A stretch of 64,000 nt of DNA from Hemiscyllium ocellatum (Eukaryota), in contig NW_026869034.1 in the NCBI RefSeq assembly GCF_020745735.1, positions 62,001-126,000 on the forward strand. Direction: 5' to 3'. Positions 11,611 through 25,208 of the stretch are shown one piece after another. The notes below the pieces were generated by a model. The model saw only the letters and a program-made list of their open reading frames with translations, did no database searches and was not told where the DNA came from. The translations under genes and the position numbers were made by a program. The number at the start of each line of letters is the position of its first letter. The stretch's first letter is position 1.

Positions 11611-14580
11611 TAGTACCTGAAAATAAAGATACTATGCGTGACTTGGTGATGGGAAGTAAATATGTTACCTTGTGTGGAAGGAAGGTTCTGGATATAAACA
11701 ACATTTTTGTAAATAAAACAAACTCCATTCTGTCTGCTCAGTTTTTTTCGTACACTGGTTTACCTTCAGCATATTTTCCTTATATTTTGATTAGTTCAAA
11801 TTCATCTCATCCGCTGTTTTATACTTGTCAGCGCTTTGTTAACGGGTGTTTGCTGTTTCACAATGTATGTCGCCTTATCGTGTACGCTCTGGGAATTCAG
11901 TATTTGTAGTGTTTGTTGTTTCAACCTGTGCCTTGGTCTATTAGGCAAAATTACAGAAAAATGTTAATAGCAATTTAAGTTAAAATGTTAGGATATCGGA
12001 AGAACAGCTAAGCGCTTCAAAATATAACAGAGGGTTTTTGAGAAAAGACATGGAAAGCAGCAGGGTTTCCAGTCCGTTTGATCGCTGCCTTCCCTTATCG
12101 AAATCAACCTGTGATTTATCATTTTTGAGGATTGTTGTCCATTAATATTGGTGCATCAGATAGATCTCAGTCTCGAGCGGGTGTGACATGCCTCTTTGTT
12201 TTATGATGAACTCAGGGGTACATATAATATTAAGGGTGTAAATCCAAAGTGGTGCAGGAGCAGAGGATCCTCCGTTATATGTGCATAAATCAGAGAATGT
12301 ACCATGACAGGTGGACGGAAGAACAATAAAACTTACTTCAAGTACGCTGTAATTATGTTAAACTGAAATAAAACAGTCGCTTGTCTCACCTGAAATAAAG
12401 CATCCAGTTTCAGAAGCCACATTTTTAAAATACGCAAATCTATGAGACAGGCTGCGTGCCGGATTCACAACACTGTTCCTGGGATGATGTACCTTACGGT
12501 TTCTGAGAAATTGGAACTGTTCCCCACTGCTGAACATGTGAATAGTTGCTATGATTGGTTCTCAATTCCATCTTGCGTCATATAGATTGCAACGGTTGAA
12601 TATTTCTAGCACTTCTTGAGCTCTGCCTTGTCTGATCGACATCGACCACTGATTTATTATTTTTGAGGGCTTCTGTTCAGTAATATCCCTGAGTTAGAGA
12701 GACCTCAGTCTCTTTTCCTGGGATTTGACAGATATGGTGTTTCAAATAGATCCCAGAAATTGTTCTCCGTGACATTTAAATGTGAGAAAAACCCCAGTTC
12801 TGAGAATTCGCTCTTGGATTGTGCACGTGTTGTTTCTGAATACCTGACTGAACGGTGACATTTTTGGCTGATGAATGTTTCGTTGGGTGTGTAAGGTGGT
12901 GATTTGTGCATAACTAATCCACGCTGTTGCAACTTTTGGAGTAAATTTAATTTAGACAATGTAGAGTAAAGTTTCAATCTCCGTTGCCTGCCTTTTATAG
13001 GCTTCTGGCGGATCAACGCTCCAAATTTGTATCATTATGTATATCAAGGCTGTGACCGTTAATGCGAAAGAGGAAAAGTTCTCTAATCATTTTGTTTCCG
13101 GTGTGTTCCACGAGGCATATCGTGATAAGTGGGCCACGTGGTGGCGCAGCATTCACCTAAATGACTGGATGAAACACAACCAAACAAAATAAGTGAAGGT
13201 ATTTCGCTGGGAAAGGAGTGTGGGGACGTGAGAAAATGTGTTATTACTGACTGACCTTGAAGCAACAATTAAGCAAACTCAAGGTTAGTGCATATTCATT
13301 CGAGATTAATTAACCATTTTAGAAGGCATTTTGTATCCAAAACGTTGATGTAAAAGATAACAGAAGCAAATACTGTGGCTGGATGCCGCATTGAGACAAG
13401 AACGCATGCGCTGTGAGCTGTGAACTTTCTGTGTATCTGTAACAGTCACCAGAAATGGAATACAATGGCTCATCACCATTTTGAATAATGAACAAATAAA
13501 AACAAAACAAATAGGCTTCAAACAAAGGGGAAGCTACAAGTTCTTTCAACCACAATCATTACAACGATATCAAAGGATATAATAGGAAAACCCATCAATA
13601 ATTGTCTCAGTTACACGCTGATAAACTGAAGTGATCTCAGCAAGTGAACAGTCAGCAACAGGGCTGATTGTCGATATGGAATTCAGCGACCTTGTTATGC
13701 AGATCAGGAAAACCTACGGGGTCGACAACTCATTCACTTTACCTGGAAAAGGGAGATAAAACAATGATGCAGATGCTTATGGTCAGGAGCATTCAGATTC
13801 AATTTTTATTCAATGGCACACTTAGAGATTTCACAAAACATATTCGGCTGCTTGGCGTGTGAAAGATGTTATTATTCTGACATTCACCAGAGTGGCAGCA
13901 GCGCTGTAAAAAGGTACTCAGGAAGAATAGGGTGATGAATGTGGAAGCAGTTGTACAGATGTTGCTGTTATCATCTTCATAATCTTCAATCCAAGTGTGA
14001 TCTATTGAACCTACGAATATAAAGACGAGAGAACACACTTAAATAGTTAATTGACCCAGTCCGATCTATCTGCATCTAAGTTATGTAATTAGAGACCATT
14101 ACATGTTCAGGAAGTAGTCAGACATTTATCAAACGTGACTCTGTTAGCTGTATCTATTAGAGCATTACTGATTCTCAGCAGGAACTTACAAATTCTAACT
14201 GCACATGTTCTTTCATCACTGACTGTCAGAACATTTCAAATTACTTTTTCTTTTAATCTATTATTGAAGAATATTATTATTTGAGGAATGGATATTAGGA
14301 ACGAGTATCGTAATTATTTCCTTATATTTTAAATATAGGATGAGCCCCTCATAATACGTGTGAAGAATTTAGATCCATACTTGCAAAGGCAAGACACACA
14401 AGGCAATGGATCAAGTGCTGGCACATGAGACTGGAATAGTTAGGTGGCTGTTATTTATAGGATGGACCAAAGAGCTTTTTCCTGTGCTGTATAAGGCGAA
14501 TCTTTTAAAAATGTTATAAATAATGCCTTACTCATGTTAATCACAGATGTTTTGTTTATCTAATTTACCACAACACTTAC

Positions 14581-14876
14581 CCTGACATGGCATTTCTTTG
14601 CTCTTGTGCGACCCGCTGTGTTAAACCAGTAGATTTTGCTGGGGTAATCTACTGTTGACCCGGGCAGGGTTAATTGGCTGCGCTGGGTGTAGGTTCCCTT
14701 GTTGTATACCACTGATGGGTAAGTCTTCAATCCAATCGTGATTAGCTCTCCACCTTTATTAAAGATTACCTTGGTTATTTCAGGGAAATAGTCCATCGCC
14801 AAACAACCAAAGATCACAGAACCGGTATCGTGGTCATGACAGGACAAGAGCAGGCCATAAAGCGTGGGGGAGACGG
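14581..14876 (-). pseudogene. IGHM: IgM Cmu1 pseudo-exon of left cluster
   Basis: Homologous to 55577-55882. A 9-nt deletion removes the acceptor AG, and there is a 1-nt deletion in the poly-C. The conserved Trp is changed to Phe (VIFNK), and a 4-nt deletion destroys the second Cys. Donor GTAAG is retained. Confidence 0.92.
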
Positions 14877-15224
14877 GATAGAATGACCAATTGAGCACAT
14901 TAGGTTCTGTTAATTTGTCCTTGTCAGTTACTCAAATGTATCCTCAGCTGTACAAGTTTGCCAGTATGCTCCTGCTGAAGTCTACAGCGTAACTGGAGTT
15001 TATTTTTGTTTCTTACCAGTTGTTGATCATGCTGTATTGATTCCCTCTTCAGAAACAAGCCCTCTAACATGACCATTACCATAAGATTTATGAAGAAGAA
15101 CATCCTGATCCCACTACCAGTAACTATTTGAAAATCTCACCAACTGACATTTTCACTGGGTTGCAAGTGAAGAACGGAGAGGTTTCACAAAATACAAACC
15201 AAGTAAATACGGATTCATCAAAAT

Positions 15225-15515
15225 TCGACAGTGTGTGCAAACAGGCCATTTGACCCAACAAGTCGACAACCACCCTTTGAAAAATAACCTATCCAGACAC
15301 ATTTCACCCTGACTAATGGACCTAACCTCCCAATCCCTAAATGCAACATGACGAAGTCACCCAGTTTGCACATGTTTGAACTTTGGGAGGAAACCCTGAC
15401 AGACATGAGGAGAAAGTACAAACTCTTCACAGACAATCAGCCGAGGCTGGAATCGAACAAGAGTCCCTACGACTGCGAGGCAGCAATGCTGACCACCGAA
15501 CCAGCACGCCACCCC
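15225..15515 (-). mobile_element. tRNA-derived SINE, orthologous to 54870-55225
   Basis: Reverse complement of the SINE head at 15470-15515. Same position relative to Cmu1 in both clusters. Confidence 0.75.
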
Positions 15516-16109
15516 ACTATGCACTGTGCAGCTGGAAATCACAAACAAAATTGCTTGGAATTGCTTGACAAACCCGAAAAGCTGGCAGTGTTTCTGGCGA
15601 TAAATCCAAGTGAATGGTTCAGGTCCAGTGATCGTTGTTCATTTATCAAAACAAGGCAGAATGTCCTCTCTGGGAAGAAGGTCACTGCAGCAGCAGCACA
15701 GGCAGGAGCTGAGCACTGAGACTGGAGGATGTCTGTCACTGCTGACCTCATGCCAATTGTCTGGAGGTTGAAACTTGTAATTTACAATTATCTGAAGTCT
15801 GGTGGCTTCTGAAAAATGGAGGACTCATAAAGGTTCAGAGACTTTGGAGCATTTCAGCTAACTGAGCCGACAATGTACGTAAATCTGATTTGAAAAAATA
15901 AAAGTACTCTTTAACTTTAATAACTGTCAAACTGACACGCAGTTCACTACCAAAACTCTCATCTGTCACAGACAAACAACTGTTCTCCCTCCCTATCCAG
16001 ACATGAATTTCCACACACATTGACAAACCTTACCCTGTTACACACAATTCGTGGCCGGAGTACAGCACCCCTTTCACAAGAAACACATCCAAGGCAATCC
16101 ATATCGGTA

Positions 16110-16500
16110 GGGTAGATGAGCAGAGATATCCTTGCGTCCATGTACATAGATCCCTAAAAGTTGCCAGGCTCGTTGATAGGAATGTTAGGAAGTCATACTT
16201 TGAGTTGGCTTGCATTGGAAGAAGGGCTGAGATTCAAAACCATGACATCGTGCTGCAGCTGTACAAAAAACTGGTGTGGCCGTACTTGGAGTATTGTGGT
16301 CACCACATTATAGGAAGAATGTGGAAGCTTTGGAAAGAGTTCAGTGGAGGTTTAACAGAATGTTGTCTGGTGTGGAGGGAGGTTTAATGAGGAAAGGATG
16401 AGGGAATTGAGGTTGTTTTTGTTTGAGAGAACAAGGTTGCGAAGTGACTTAATTTAGACATATAAGACAATCAGAGGGTTCGATAGGGTGGATAGGGAGT
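16110..16500 (+). mobile_element. CR1 RT C-terminal fragment (shared with the right cluster near 54000-54310)
   Basis: VDEQRYPCVHVHRSLKVA / VLQLYKKLVWPYLEYC matches the 96-1259 protein. Confidence 0.8.
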
Positions 16501-16624
16501 CTTTTGTGATTTACACATGAAAGAAGTTAAACTATCACTGTATTCTAACAGATGAAATGCTTAACAGTCAATCAATTTTTCAATGTATAATTTCAGTTAT
16601 GGCACACTGAAAAGTTTTGCTATA

Positions 16625-16745
16625 AGTTCTGTGTTACGATCGAGCACTCCACAATCACCTGATGAAGGAGCGTCGGTCCGAAAGCTAGTGTGCTTCCAAT
16701 TAAACCTGCTGGACAATAACATGGTGTTGAGTGATTTTTAACTTT
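16625..16745 (+). mobile_element. Penelope-like terminal repeat fragment containing a minimal hammerhead core
   Basis: cac-CTGATGA-aggagcgtcggtcc-GAAA-gcTA-gtg at 16656-16690, followed by aattaaacctgctggacaataac. Confidence 0.6.
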
Positions 16746-16749
16746 GCTT

Positions 16750-18330
16750 TCCTAGTATATGCTTATAGAGTTAAAATCGCCTATCATATCCATCCTATTA
16801 TTCTTACATATAGCTGAGGTATCCTTACACGTTTGTTTCTCAATATCCCTCCATCTATTAGGGGGTCTAGAATACAAAACCAAAGCGCATAATCATCCCT
16901 TTCTTAATTCTCAGTTCCACACAAACAACTTCCCTGGATGTATTTCCGGGAATATCCACCCTCAGCACAGCTGTAATGTTATCCCTTATCAAAAATATCA
17001 ATCACCCTCCTCCCTTGCCCCCCTTTCTATTCTTCCTGTAGCATTCGTATCCTGGAACATTAATCTTCCAGTCCTGACCATCCCTGAGCCATGTACCTGT
17101 GATTGCTATGATATCCCTGTCCCATGATCCTAACCATGCACTGATTTCACCTGCCTTCCATGTTAGGCCCCTTGCAATGAAATAAACACTGTTTAATTTA
17201 TTCGTCCTACTTTGTCCCTGCCTGCTCTGACTGTTTGACTCGCTTCTGTTTTCAATTGCACTAGTGCCAGATTGACCTCTTTCCTCACAATCTCCCTGGG
17301 TCACAACACCACCCCTCTCCCTACCTTACTAGTTTAAATCCTTCCGTTCAGCTCTAGCAAATTTCCCGGTCAGAATATTGGTCCCATCCAATTTAGGTGC
17401 AATCCGTCCTTCTTGTCCATATCACTTCTAACCCAAAATAAATTCCAATGATCCAAAATTATGAATCCTTCTCCCATACACCAGCTGCTCAGACTCGCAT
17501 TCATCTGCTCTATCCTCATATTCCTGCCGTCTGTAGCTCGTAGCATTGGGAATAATCCAGATATTACTACTTTCCAGGACCTCCTTTAATATTTTCTGCC
17601 TAACTCTCTGTAATCTCCCTTCATAATCTCAATCTTTTCCCTTCCTTTGTCCTTGGTTCCAAAGTGGACAATGTCCTCTTGCTGTCCCCTCTCCCCCATG
17701 AGAACTTTCTGCACTCTCTTTGAGACATCATTGATCCTAGCACCGGGGAAACAACACACCATTCTGCTTTTTCGCTGCTGGTCACAGAAAGGTATCTCTG
17801 CACTCGGATTGCAGAATCCCTGAACACAATTGATCTCTTTGAAGCCGATATAACCCTCATTGCATTAGACCTAGTCTCAATACCAGAAACTTGGCTGTTC
17901 GTCCTATGTTCCCCTGAGATTCCATCACCCCCTACATTTTTCAAAACAGCATACCTGATTGAATCGGTACAACCACAAAAGACTCCTGCACTAGGTGCCT
18001 ACCTATCTTACATTTCCTGGAGTTAACCCATCTATGTGACAGTATCTGAGACATCGCCCCTTCCTATAACTGCCATCCATGAGATACTGTTGCTTCTAAC
18101 TGTCTCTCCAACCGATCCATTCGATCTGGTAAGATTCGCATCAAACAGGACCTATGACAGATATAATCTGCAATAATGCTTAATCTCTCTTTAAACTCCC
18201 ACATCTGACAAGAAGCACATACCACTCTATTAAAGCCAATTTTTACTCCTTCGTAAGTTACAGAGCCAGAAATTAATACAGTCTTATTCCTCGAGAAAAC
18301 ACTGCCCCACACAAACTTTAGCAATTCAAG
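16750..18330 (-). mobile_element. CR1 LINE 5' fragment (ORF1 and start of ORF2 endonuclease); not seen at the orthologous site of the right cluster
   Basis: Minus-strand ORFs: SCQMWE...YICHRS (ORF1 zinc finger), IVFRDSAIR (GDSIVR-like esterase) and DIIAITGTWL...PGYECYRKNRKGGKGGG (endonuclease). Confidence 0.85.
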
Positions 18331-21273
18331 TCAGTTGATGATGATTTGTTTCTCAAGGAAAAGCCTGACACTTCCACGCTTGTCTAGAGATGCAGATAAT
18401 CACTGGAGGCATTGAAAAGTATTTACACGAATTGCGAATGGTTTCTTTCTGTGTAGTTTGGCTTCTTTTTCTCTGAACAAACAGTGTTACTTCTTAATCA
18501 TATTGTGGGAATGAAGATTGCCTCATTTTTTAAAGCAGAAATCACACATTATACTTCCCTGGAATAAAGAAATATAATCTAAACTTAATGGAATATGGTG
18601 ATTGGGATGTTTAAATTGTAAGTTATCAGAGATTTAAAGCTTATTTTCACGACCAATTAATTCCAGCCTCAATGGGTCACTTTAACTTCTCACAGAAATG
18701 TCTTTAAACAACGGTTTATCCCTTTGTTAAGGAAAGTAAAATCATTGAACTATGGATAGGTTTTACTTGCTAGTCAAAGATGGAAAAGAGTTTTAGCCAA
18801 AGAGAGGCCTGAGAAAATAGTGCGCGGATGCACCCTGATCTAAGTAATGGGGGAACAGCTCGAGGGGCTGAGTGCCCTCCTCCTGCACTTTCCTATAATT
18901 GTGTCCTTCATTAGGCTAGCACTGACACTGAACAATTTTTATTAAAATATTTTAACAAATTAATTGTTTCACAAATTCTTAAAACATCTTTGATTATTTG
19001 GAACGCGAGCATTGACGTTCTATGTTTGAGTGATCAAAACAACTCCCACCCAATTACAGCAGTCACTGCAATCTGGAGTGTGTTGTTACTTCACGAAACA
19101 GTTTCTTGTGAAAATACAGCTTGAAATCAGGGTTCTCACATTCAATGATTTTCTGATATTAAATATCTCTGAACATTCTCAATTTCTTCAAACGCATCTT
19201 CTCTCTGTACAGCTTGTTTAATCGAACAGAACTTCTTTTTAATGAAACAACAAACTTTGATTGCTAGCAAACCAAAATAAAGACAGAAGTTTCTGAAGAT
19301 TCTCAGTAGGTCTCGTGGCGGCTCTGGAGAGAAAGTAAGGTTGACATTGCGCGTTCCGAGATCCCCCTTCAAAAAATTGTTTTCATGTTTTTGGCACCTG
19401 TTGAATTAGACAGCGATTACGTTTGCTTGACTGCTGTTGCAAAAAGATTCTTAGCAAAGGTACTGGAATGCGTAAGATAGCAACTGATGACTAGTTGAAA
19501 GGCTATCACCATCTGCTGGAAGTGTTGGATTCAGCGGAACCCCCACTGCACTGAACAGTCAAATTCAACCACAGCACTGGTTAAATATAAAATAAAACAA
19601 CCTAGGCATGATCTCAACAAAAATGCTTCAAAGCAATTCATTCTGGAATAGTTATACATGTTATTGTTAGAATGGTAATTTAAAAGCTGGGATTTATTTG
19701 AGGGGTTATTCCATTAACCCCAGCTAGTGATGTCCAAAAGCTTGTGAACAAAAATGGACTTGGAAAGAGCTGCTAACCGCCAAAGTTGTTTAATATCTAA
19801 GAGACACAAATCAGGATTGCGATTGAATAGATTTCAACGGCCTCTGTGAATGGAATTCCAAAAAAACTCCCAAACGACTCGATCTGGTTTTTTGCCCCGA
19901 ATGAAACTGATTAGAGATGATGTTACATACGTCTCTAACAGGTTGTAAGTGAACACAGGCCACGTGGCATGGAGTCAGGGTCACTACTACAATATCACAG
20001 CAGACCTGAACACAATGAGCTCGACACTATATCGGAGAGCACAGCCCACCTGTTTTACAGTGCATAAACCATGTTAATTATTAACACATTCCAACAAATA
20101 AGGATTGTTCCAGAATGTTTATGCAATGAAATTAACATTGCAACAATTTTCCAGGAATACTTTGACTGTAAGTCTGAATTGTCCAAAGTCTGTGGGAACT
20201 ACAGAGGAATAAAACTATGAATTGCACTGCCATAAATTCACTGTCACTGGACTTCAACGTTGAACTCCCTTCCTCTTACTCATTAATGTTGATGCACCAG
20301 ATGGTCTACTTAGTTAGAAATAGATTAAAACATTTTGAACTGTATTATGACATTTTCCAGTGACATTAAAAGCTGGCAAAATGTTTTCAAATAATACAAT
20401 GCAAATTAATTTCTGATCCTACATTGTGTCACTAAACACGTCCCGGACAATCGAGGCACAACGAAAATAAGCAGCATATTTTCCTCTGCCTCGCTCAATT
20501 ATATATCCCTTGTTGCCAACAACCAATTGAAACACTCTTGCAATCTGCCTTTTGTTACTGATGTGTTCGTTCTGATACTAAAACATGACCAGGGCTCTCA
20601 ATTCAGAGGCACCTAATCAAATATTCTATTTCTGGCAGATAAGCATGGTTTTGAAATGGGATATGAAATTGAACTGTCGGAGATTCAGGTATTGGAACCG
20701 GACAACTTACAAATGGTCAGGATCAGTTGACAAGTTAGTCGGAGATAGCACCGAAACATATTGTACAACAATCTTGGTCTTTCCAATATATCTGCTCAAT
20801 TCCTCAGGTCCAATATGTTCACTGTAATTGAACATTCATCGTAGGAATGAAAAAGATAATACCCATTAATGTGAACGAGAATGGGTTCACAATGAACATA
20901 GATAATCACCGATTTAATCAACTAAATAAGTCATTGTAATTAACAACATTATTGATGTAGGACATATTGCAAATTTATGCACAGGTGCAAAGGAAATGGA
21001 TTCTTCTTTAAATTATTTTTACGTATTCTGAAAACATTTCTTGTACTCGAAGATTTTACATATTCTGGACAAAGCCAATACTCCATTCCAGTGTGGCAAT
21101 GCGTTTCTGTTGAAACAAATAGGGCAAGTATTTACTATCAGGTTTTCTTTACAATGGGTGGGTCAGTTTCTTGTTAGCTGTTTTGCAACATACGAAAATG
21201 TTTTAAAAAGGTATAAATTGAAAGCTTGCTTCTGTCTGGAGTTGCCCACTTTAAATGAGGTCTAAGTAAATAT

Positions 21274-21590
21274 GGGCGGCGTGGTGGTTTCGTGATGAGC
21301 ACTGTTGACTTTCAGATTCAGATTCCCGTGCTTGGTTCCAGCCTCAGGTGACTGTCTGTGTGGAGTTTACACATTCTCACCTGTGTCTGCATGGGCTTCC
21401 TCCCACAATCGAAAGATGTGCTGGCCAAGTGAATTGGTAATGCTGAATCATCCATAGTGTTAGGTGCATTGATCTGGGGTGTATATAGGGTAGGGTAATA
21501 TGTCTGTGTGGGTTAGTCTTCAGAGAATCGGTGTGTAATTTAAGGGACAATGACCCGTTTCCATAGTGTAGGAAATCGAATCTAAATGAT
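21274..21590 (+). mobile_element. tRNA-derived SINE, orthologous to 46385-46675
   Basis: gggcggcgtggtggtttcgtg head, with matching flanks in both arms. Confidence 0.75.
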
Positions 21591-21939
21591 CGCCACACTT
21601 AACTAATGCTAAGTACATTGCAAAAATTGGTCAAGTACATTAATTAAAAAACCCTCTATTTTCAGTCTGAATACACAACGTGCTCTGATATCCTCTCGTT
21701 CATGTCTTCTGCAAATTTATGAACTCTGCATATGTCTGAACACGTCGACGCAGACTACGTTCTCTGCATTCGCAACAAGCATTCCTACTGTTTTACAGTA
21801 GATTTCCAACAGTATGGAAAAAGGCCACTGTACTCAACAATTCCACACCGACCCTCCGAACAGTAAGTAACACATTCCACCTACGCTATATTTACTCCTG
21901 TCTAATGCACTATAACCTACACATCCCTGAATTCAATGT

Positions 21940-22170
21940 TTAATTTAGCACAGCCAATTCACCTAGCCTGAACACCTTAGTGACTTTGGGTGGCGGGGGG
22001 TGGGGGGGGGGTTTGTGGCGGGGGTCGGGGGGCGAGGTAACTGGAGCACACAGAAGAATCCCGGACATGGGGAGAATGTGCAAATTTTACACAGGTAGTC
22101 ACCCGAGAATGGAATCGAAATGCGGTCCGTGGTGCTGTGCAATGCTCACCACTGAGCCAGCATGCCGCCC
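21940..22170 (-). mobile_element. tRNA-derived SINE, orthologous to 45737-46090
   Basis: Reverse complement reads gggcggcatgctggctcagtggtgagc, with matching flanks in both arms. Confidence 0.75.
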
Positions 22171-23904
22171 TATGAGTTAATGCGTGAATTATTTTAACTA
22201 ATTAAAAATTTGGCCTTGATCACATAATTCCACATAGCAGTTGTTTCCGAAAGAATGACTTCAATTGAAATTTTGTTGTAAAATGTAACTATTCATTTAA
22301 AACGCATGGATTGGGAACACCTAAAGCACTGTGCAGATTAAATCATTCAGTCACTGTTTTATGTTTTTCCTGCAATTCCAGTTTAATCAGCGACATAAAA
22401 ATTAATTGACTCGTTTTACTTGTGCAACTGATCAAAGCAGTGAAACTGGTCTGTTCTTCATCGAATTGGGCAGAATTTCCAAATGGTCTTTGCCAATGAT
22501 CTTTTCCAACCAGAAAACTGTGTGTAGTGTACAGCGGAATTGAAAAGTGATTCTTGACTAATTACAACATAGTCATGGCATCTTTGCTCAAGAGCAAGAA
22601 CTATTAGAACAACATACTTTTGAAATTTTATTTACATTTCTCTATGACTTCCAAATGTTTGGAAGACAGAACTTGTGATTCAACTGGATAGTTGAGTTTT
22701 GACTTTGGATTGTAAATAGTGGACTAGATTAATCCTTAGTTATTACTTCTCATTACATTTAAGTCATCATTGTTCATGGAATAGTGCAGGTTAGATGGGC
22801 TTCAGATTGGTGTGATAATCCGGTGCAACATCGAGGGCCGAAGGGCCTGAACTGTGCCGTAACTTTCTATGTTCTCACTAAAACTCGCACCCTAAGGTAT
22901 CGTTTTTTCCTTCATTTCCAAAAACATTGCGATTTGCCTTTCACGTAATACTAGGCTTTATGAAGATTCAACTGGCATGCTGATTGCATCGAATGAGATA
23001 ACTGGAGCAGTTCACTGACACCAACCATGTTAACAGTGCAATAACAATGTAGAAACCAGAAACAGTTTCCCAAATGTAACAAAATTAATGTTACAGTCCC
23101 TCCTCCTCATTAGAGCAAAGATCAACAAATGACAACACTGAGGAAACCGATGGGATTGCAGCAGAACGGGCTCTGCAAACATTTCCAACCAAAAACATGA
23201 TGTTACCTCACAAAAAAAAGAAATCAAAACAAAGTTGTACAGATTCCAGGCAGAGAATGATCAAATTGAATAGAAATACCAAATAATAACAGCAGCCTTG
23301 TTTGTGAGGTGATTTACTTAATACTTTAAGCTGTAAAGCTTTCGGAAACAGTTCAATTTATTTCCAATCTGTACACCTTTTGCGGTCATGCCATTCTTGT
23401 GTTGTGCACAGTACAGCAGTTGAAGTCATATAATGATTAATCAGATTGAGATCAAAATAAAGTTAGTTCAATAGGCAAACATTATGACATTATTATTTTA
23501 AATTATAGCAAGTTCATTTCAATAACGTAACCTGATCAATTCTGCAGTTTCAGATTTTAATCCCAAATTTTACTTTGAAAGATGTAACTCGAAACAAACT
23601 TGACTTAGTTTACAATTAGAGCTGAGGTTTTTTTTTAAAAAAATAATGCACTAAAATACTTTTTTCTCATTTCTTTCACTTCCGTGTTTCTGCCTTAAAT
23701 TCGTTTTCAGACAGTTACAAACAGACGTAATGTTTTCAATCAAGCAGCAAAAAAAATGCCAGATGAATTTAATAAATGTAGCAACGGTTCAGCAAAAACA
23801 AAGAACCTCACAAAAATTCGTAATTAAAGTAATCCAGAGAGACCATCTCCTCACCAGAAAGAAAACACGAATTACTGAAAGTATGAAAACGCAGATCAAT
23901 TTCA

Positions 23905-24150
23905 CAAAATGAATAAGAATCCAATCAACTCACTGCAACTGAATCATAAAATAAACTCATAATAAAATCAACTGAAAACAACAGATTTAAATGAAAGATA
24001 ATCAGAATCCAACCAACTCAATTCAACTGAATCTTATAAAACAATTTAAAAAAGGTAATCAGTGTGATTCAACAAAACCAAGTAAAAACAAAGTCGGAAT
24101 CCAAGTCAACTCAATTCAACAGAATCAAACAAGAAAAATCAGAATCTAAT
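23905..24150. repeat. Degenerate ~45-bp tandem repeat in J-C intron (left cluster)
   Basis: Recurrent AGAATCCAAYCAACTCAATTCAACWGAATC units near 23916, 24005 and 24096. Reverse complement of the 43900-44165 array. Confidence 0.7.
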
Positions 24151-24665
24151 CCACAGAAGGAAACATAGTATCCCAAAAAAATACATTTTATAACCAGCTT
24201 GTCATCAACAAAACTTACAAAATAAAGGAGAAAATATAATCATGGTAAGAACATTATGTATACAGAAAATATATTCAAGAAATGAATAATGATATTTTCG
24301 CATATTTTAATCATGTTTGTTAATATTTCAAAAATCTTTTAATTCTGAGCATTTACTGTCGATAATAAAACTCACAATTAGAGTGTCACTGACATTAAAC
24401 ATTATTTATACCTGACCGATGAAGCCAAATTAGGTGTTTCTCACAGAATGACCACCTGATTAAAAAAAAGATACACCGAGCAACTGACTCCGTCATCATC
24501 ATTTTAACTATTTGCTGAACCTTAACTGAAGTCTATAATCAGCCTGAAAAAAATCAATCCGAACCAAATCACCTCAGCACAGAATGTGAGTTTCACTTAA
24601 TTCAGAAATTAGTCACACGAATAGAGAGTTTTAAAAAAGTCTCTAAGAAAGTTCAAAGTTCTTAC

Positions 24666-24711
24666 CTGAAGTCACTGTTACCATGATCCCTTCGCCCCAG
24701 TAATCAAGTTA
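24666..24711 (-). pseudogene. IGHJ: JH segment of left cluster
   Basis: *LDYWGEGIMVTVTS followed by donor GTAAG (24665-24661). Confidence 0.92.
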
Positions 24712-24749
24712 GCCAGTGTTACAGTCTCTGGACTGCTCACACCATAACT
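24712..24749 (-). other. Damaged JH RSS (22-bp spacer)
   Basis: AGTTATGGT-22nt-CACTGGC. The heptamer is disrupted relative to CACTGTG in the right cluster. Confidence 0.75.
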
Positions 24750-24984
24750 AGATCTGCATTAAAAAAAAAACAAAAATCAACCATTATTTTAAATTTTCGG
24801 ACCCACGGGCAAAATAAAGTCACGATATATCTTAATCACATAATTGTGCTAGTGGATTCTGATCATTTTGACAAATTTTAATGTTGTTTTATACTTCACA
24901 GTGTAACATATGAGCTGATTCTGAAAATCACCAAATGGCGTATCAATACTTAGCAGCACTTATACAAATTAAACAAAGCTAAAA

Positions 24985-25095
24985 ATCACACACCACAAGG
25001 TCATAGTCCAACAGGTTTAATTGGAAGCACACCTTTGTACCTTTTTTTTAACCTTTGTACACCCCAGTCCAACACAGGCATCTCCAACTCATGAC
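24985..25095. mobile_element. Short Penelope-like terminal fragment inserted in the D2-J interval of the left cluster only
   Basis: aaaaatcacacaccacaaggtcatagtccaacaggtttaattggaagcac is the reverse complement of the 16690-16745 sequence. No counterpart at 42964-43271. Confidence 0.6.
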
Positions 25096-25208
25096 AAATA
25101 AAACAGTGATACTTTCATAAAACCCCTCAGAACTAATACTGCACTGTAAGTTAAGACGATTTGTACAAGTAACCATTTAATAAATGCAGAAATAATGGAG
25201 GCTGAATA

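Noticed and set aside
23905-24150. CRISPR-like array
   Set aside because: Vertebrate DNA, degenerate units with related spacers, and no cas genes. It is a simple tandem repeat.
24897-24935. Isolated CACAGTG/CACTGTG heptamers (also about 22327 and 37547) as additional D-segment RSSs
   Set aside because: No nonamer at 12 or 22/23 spacing.
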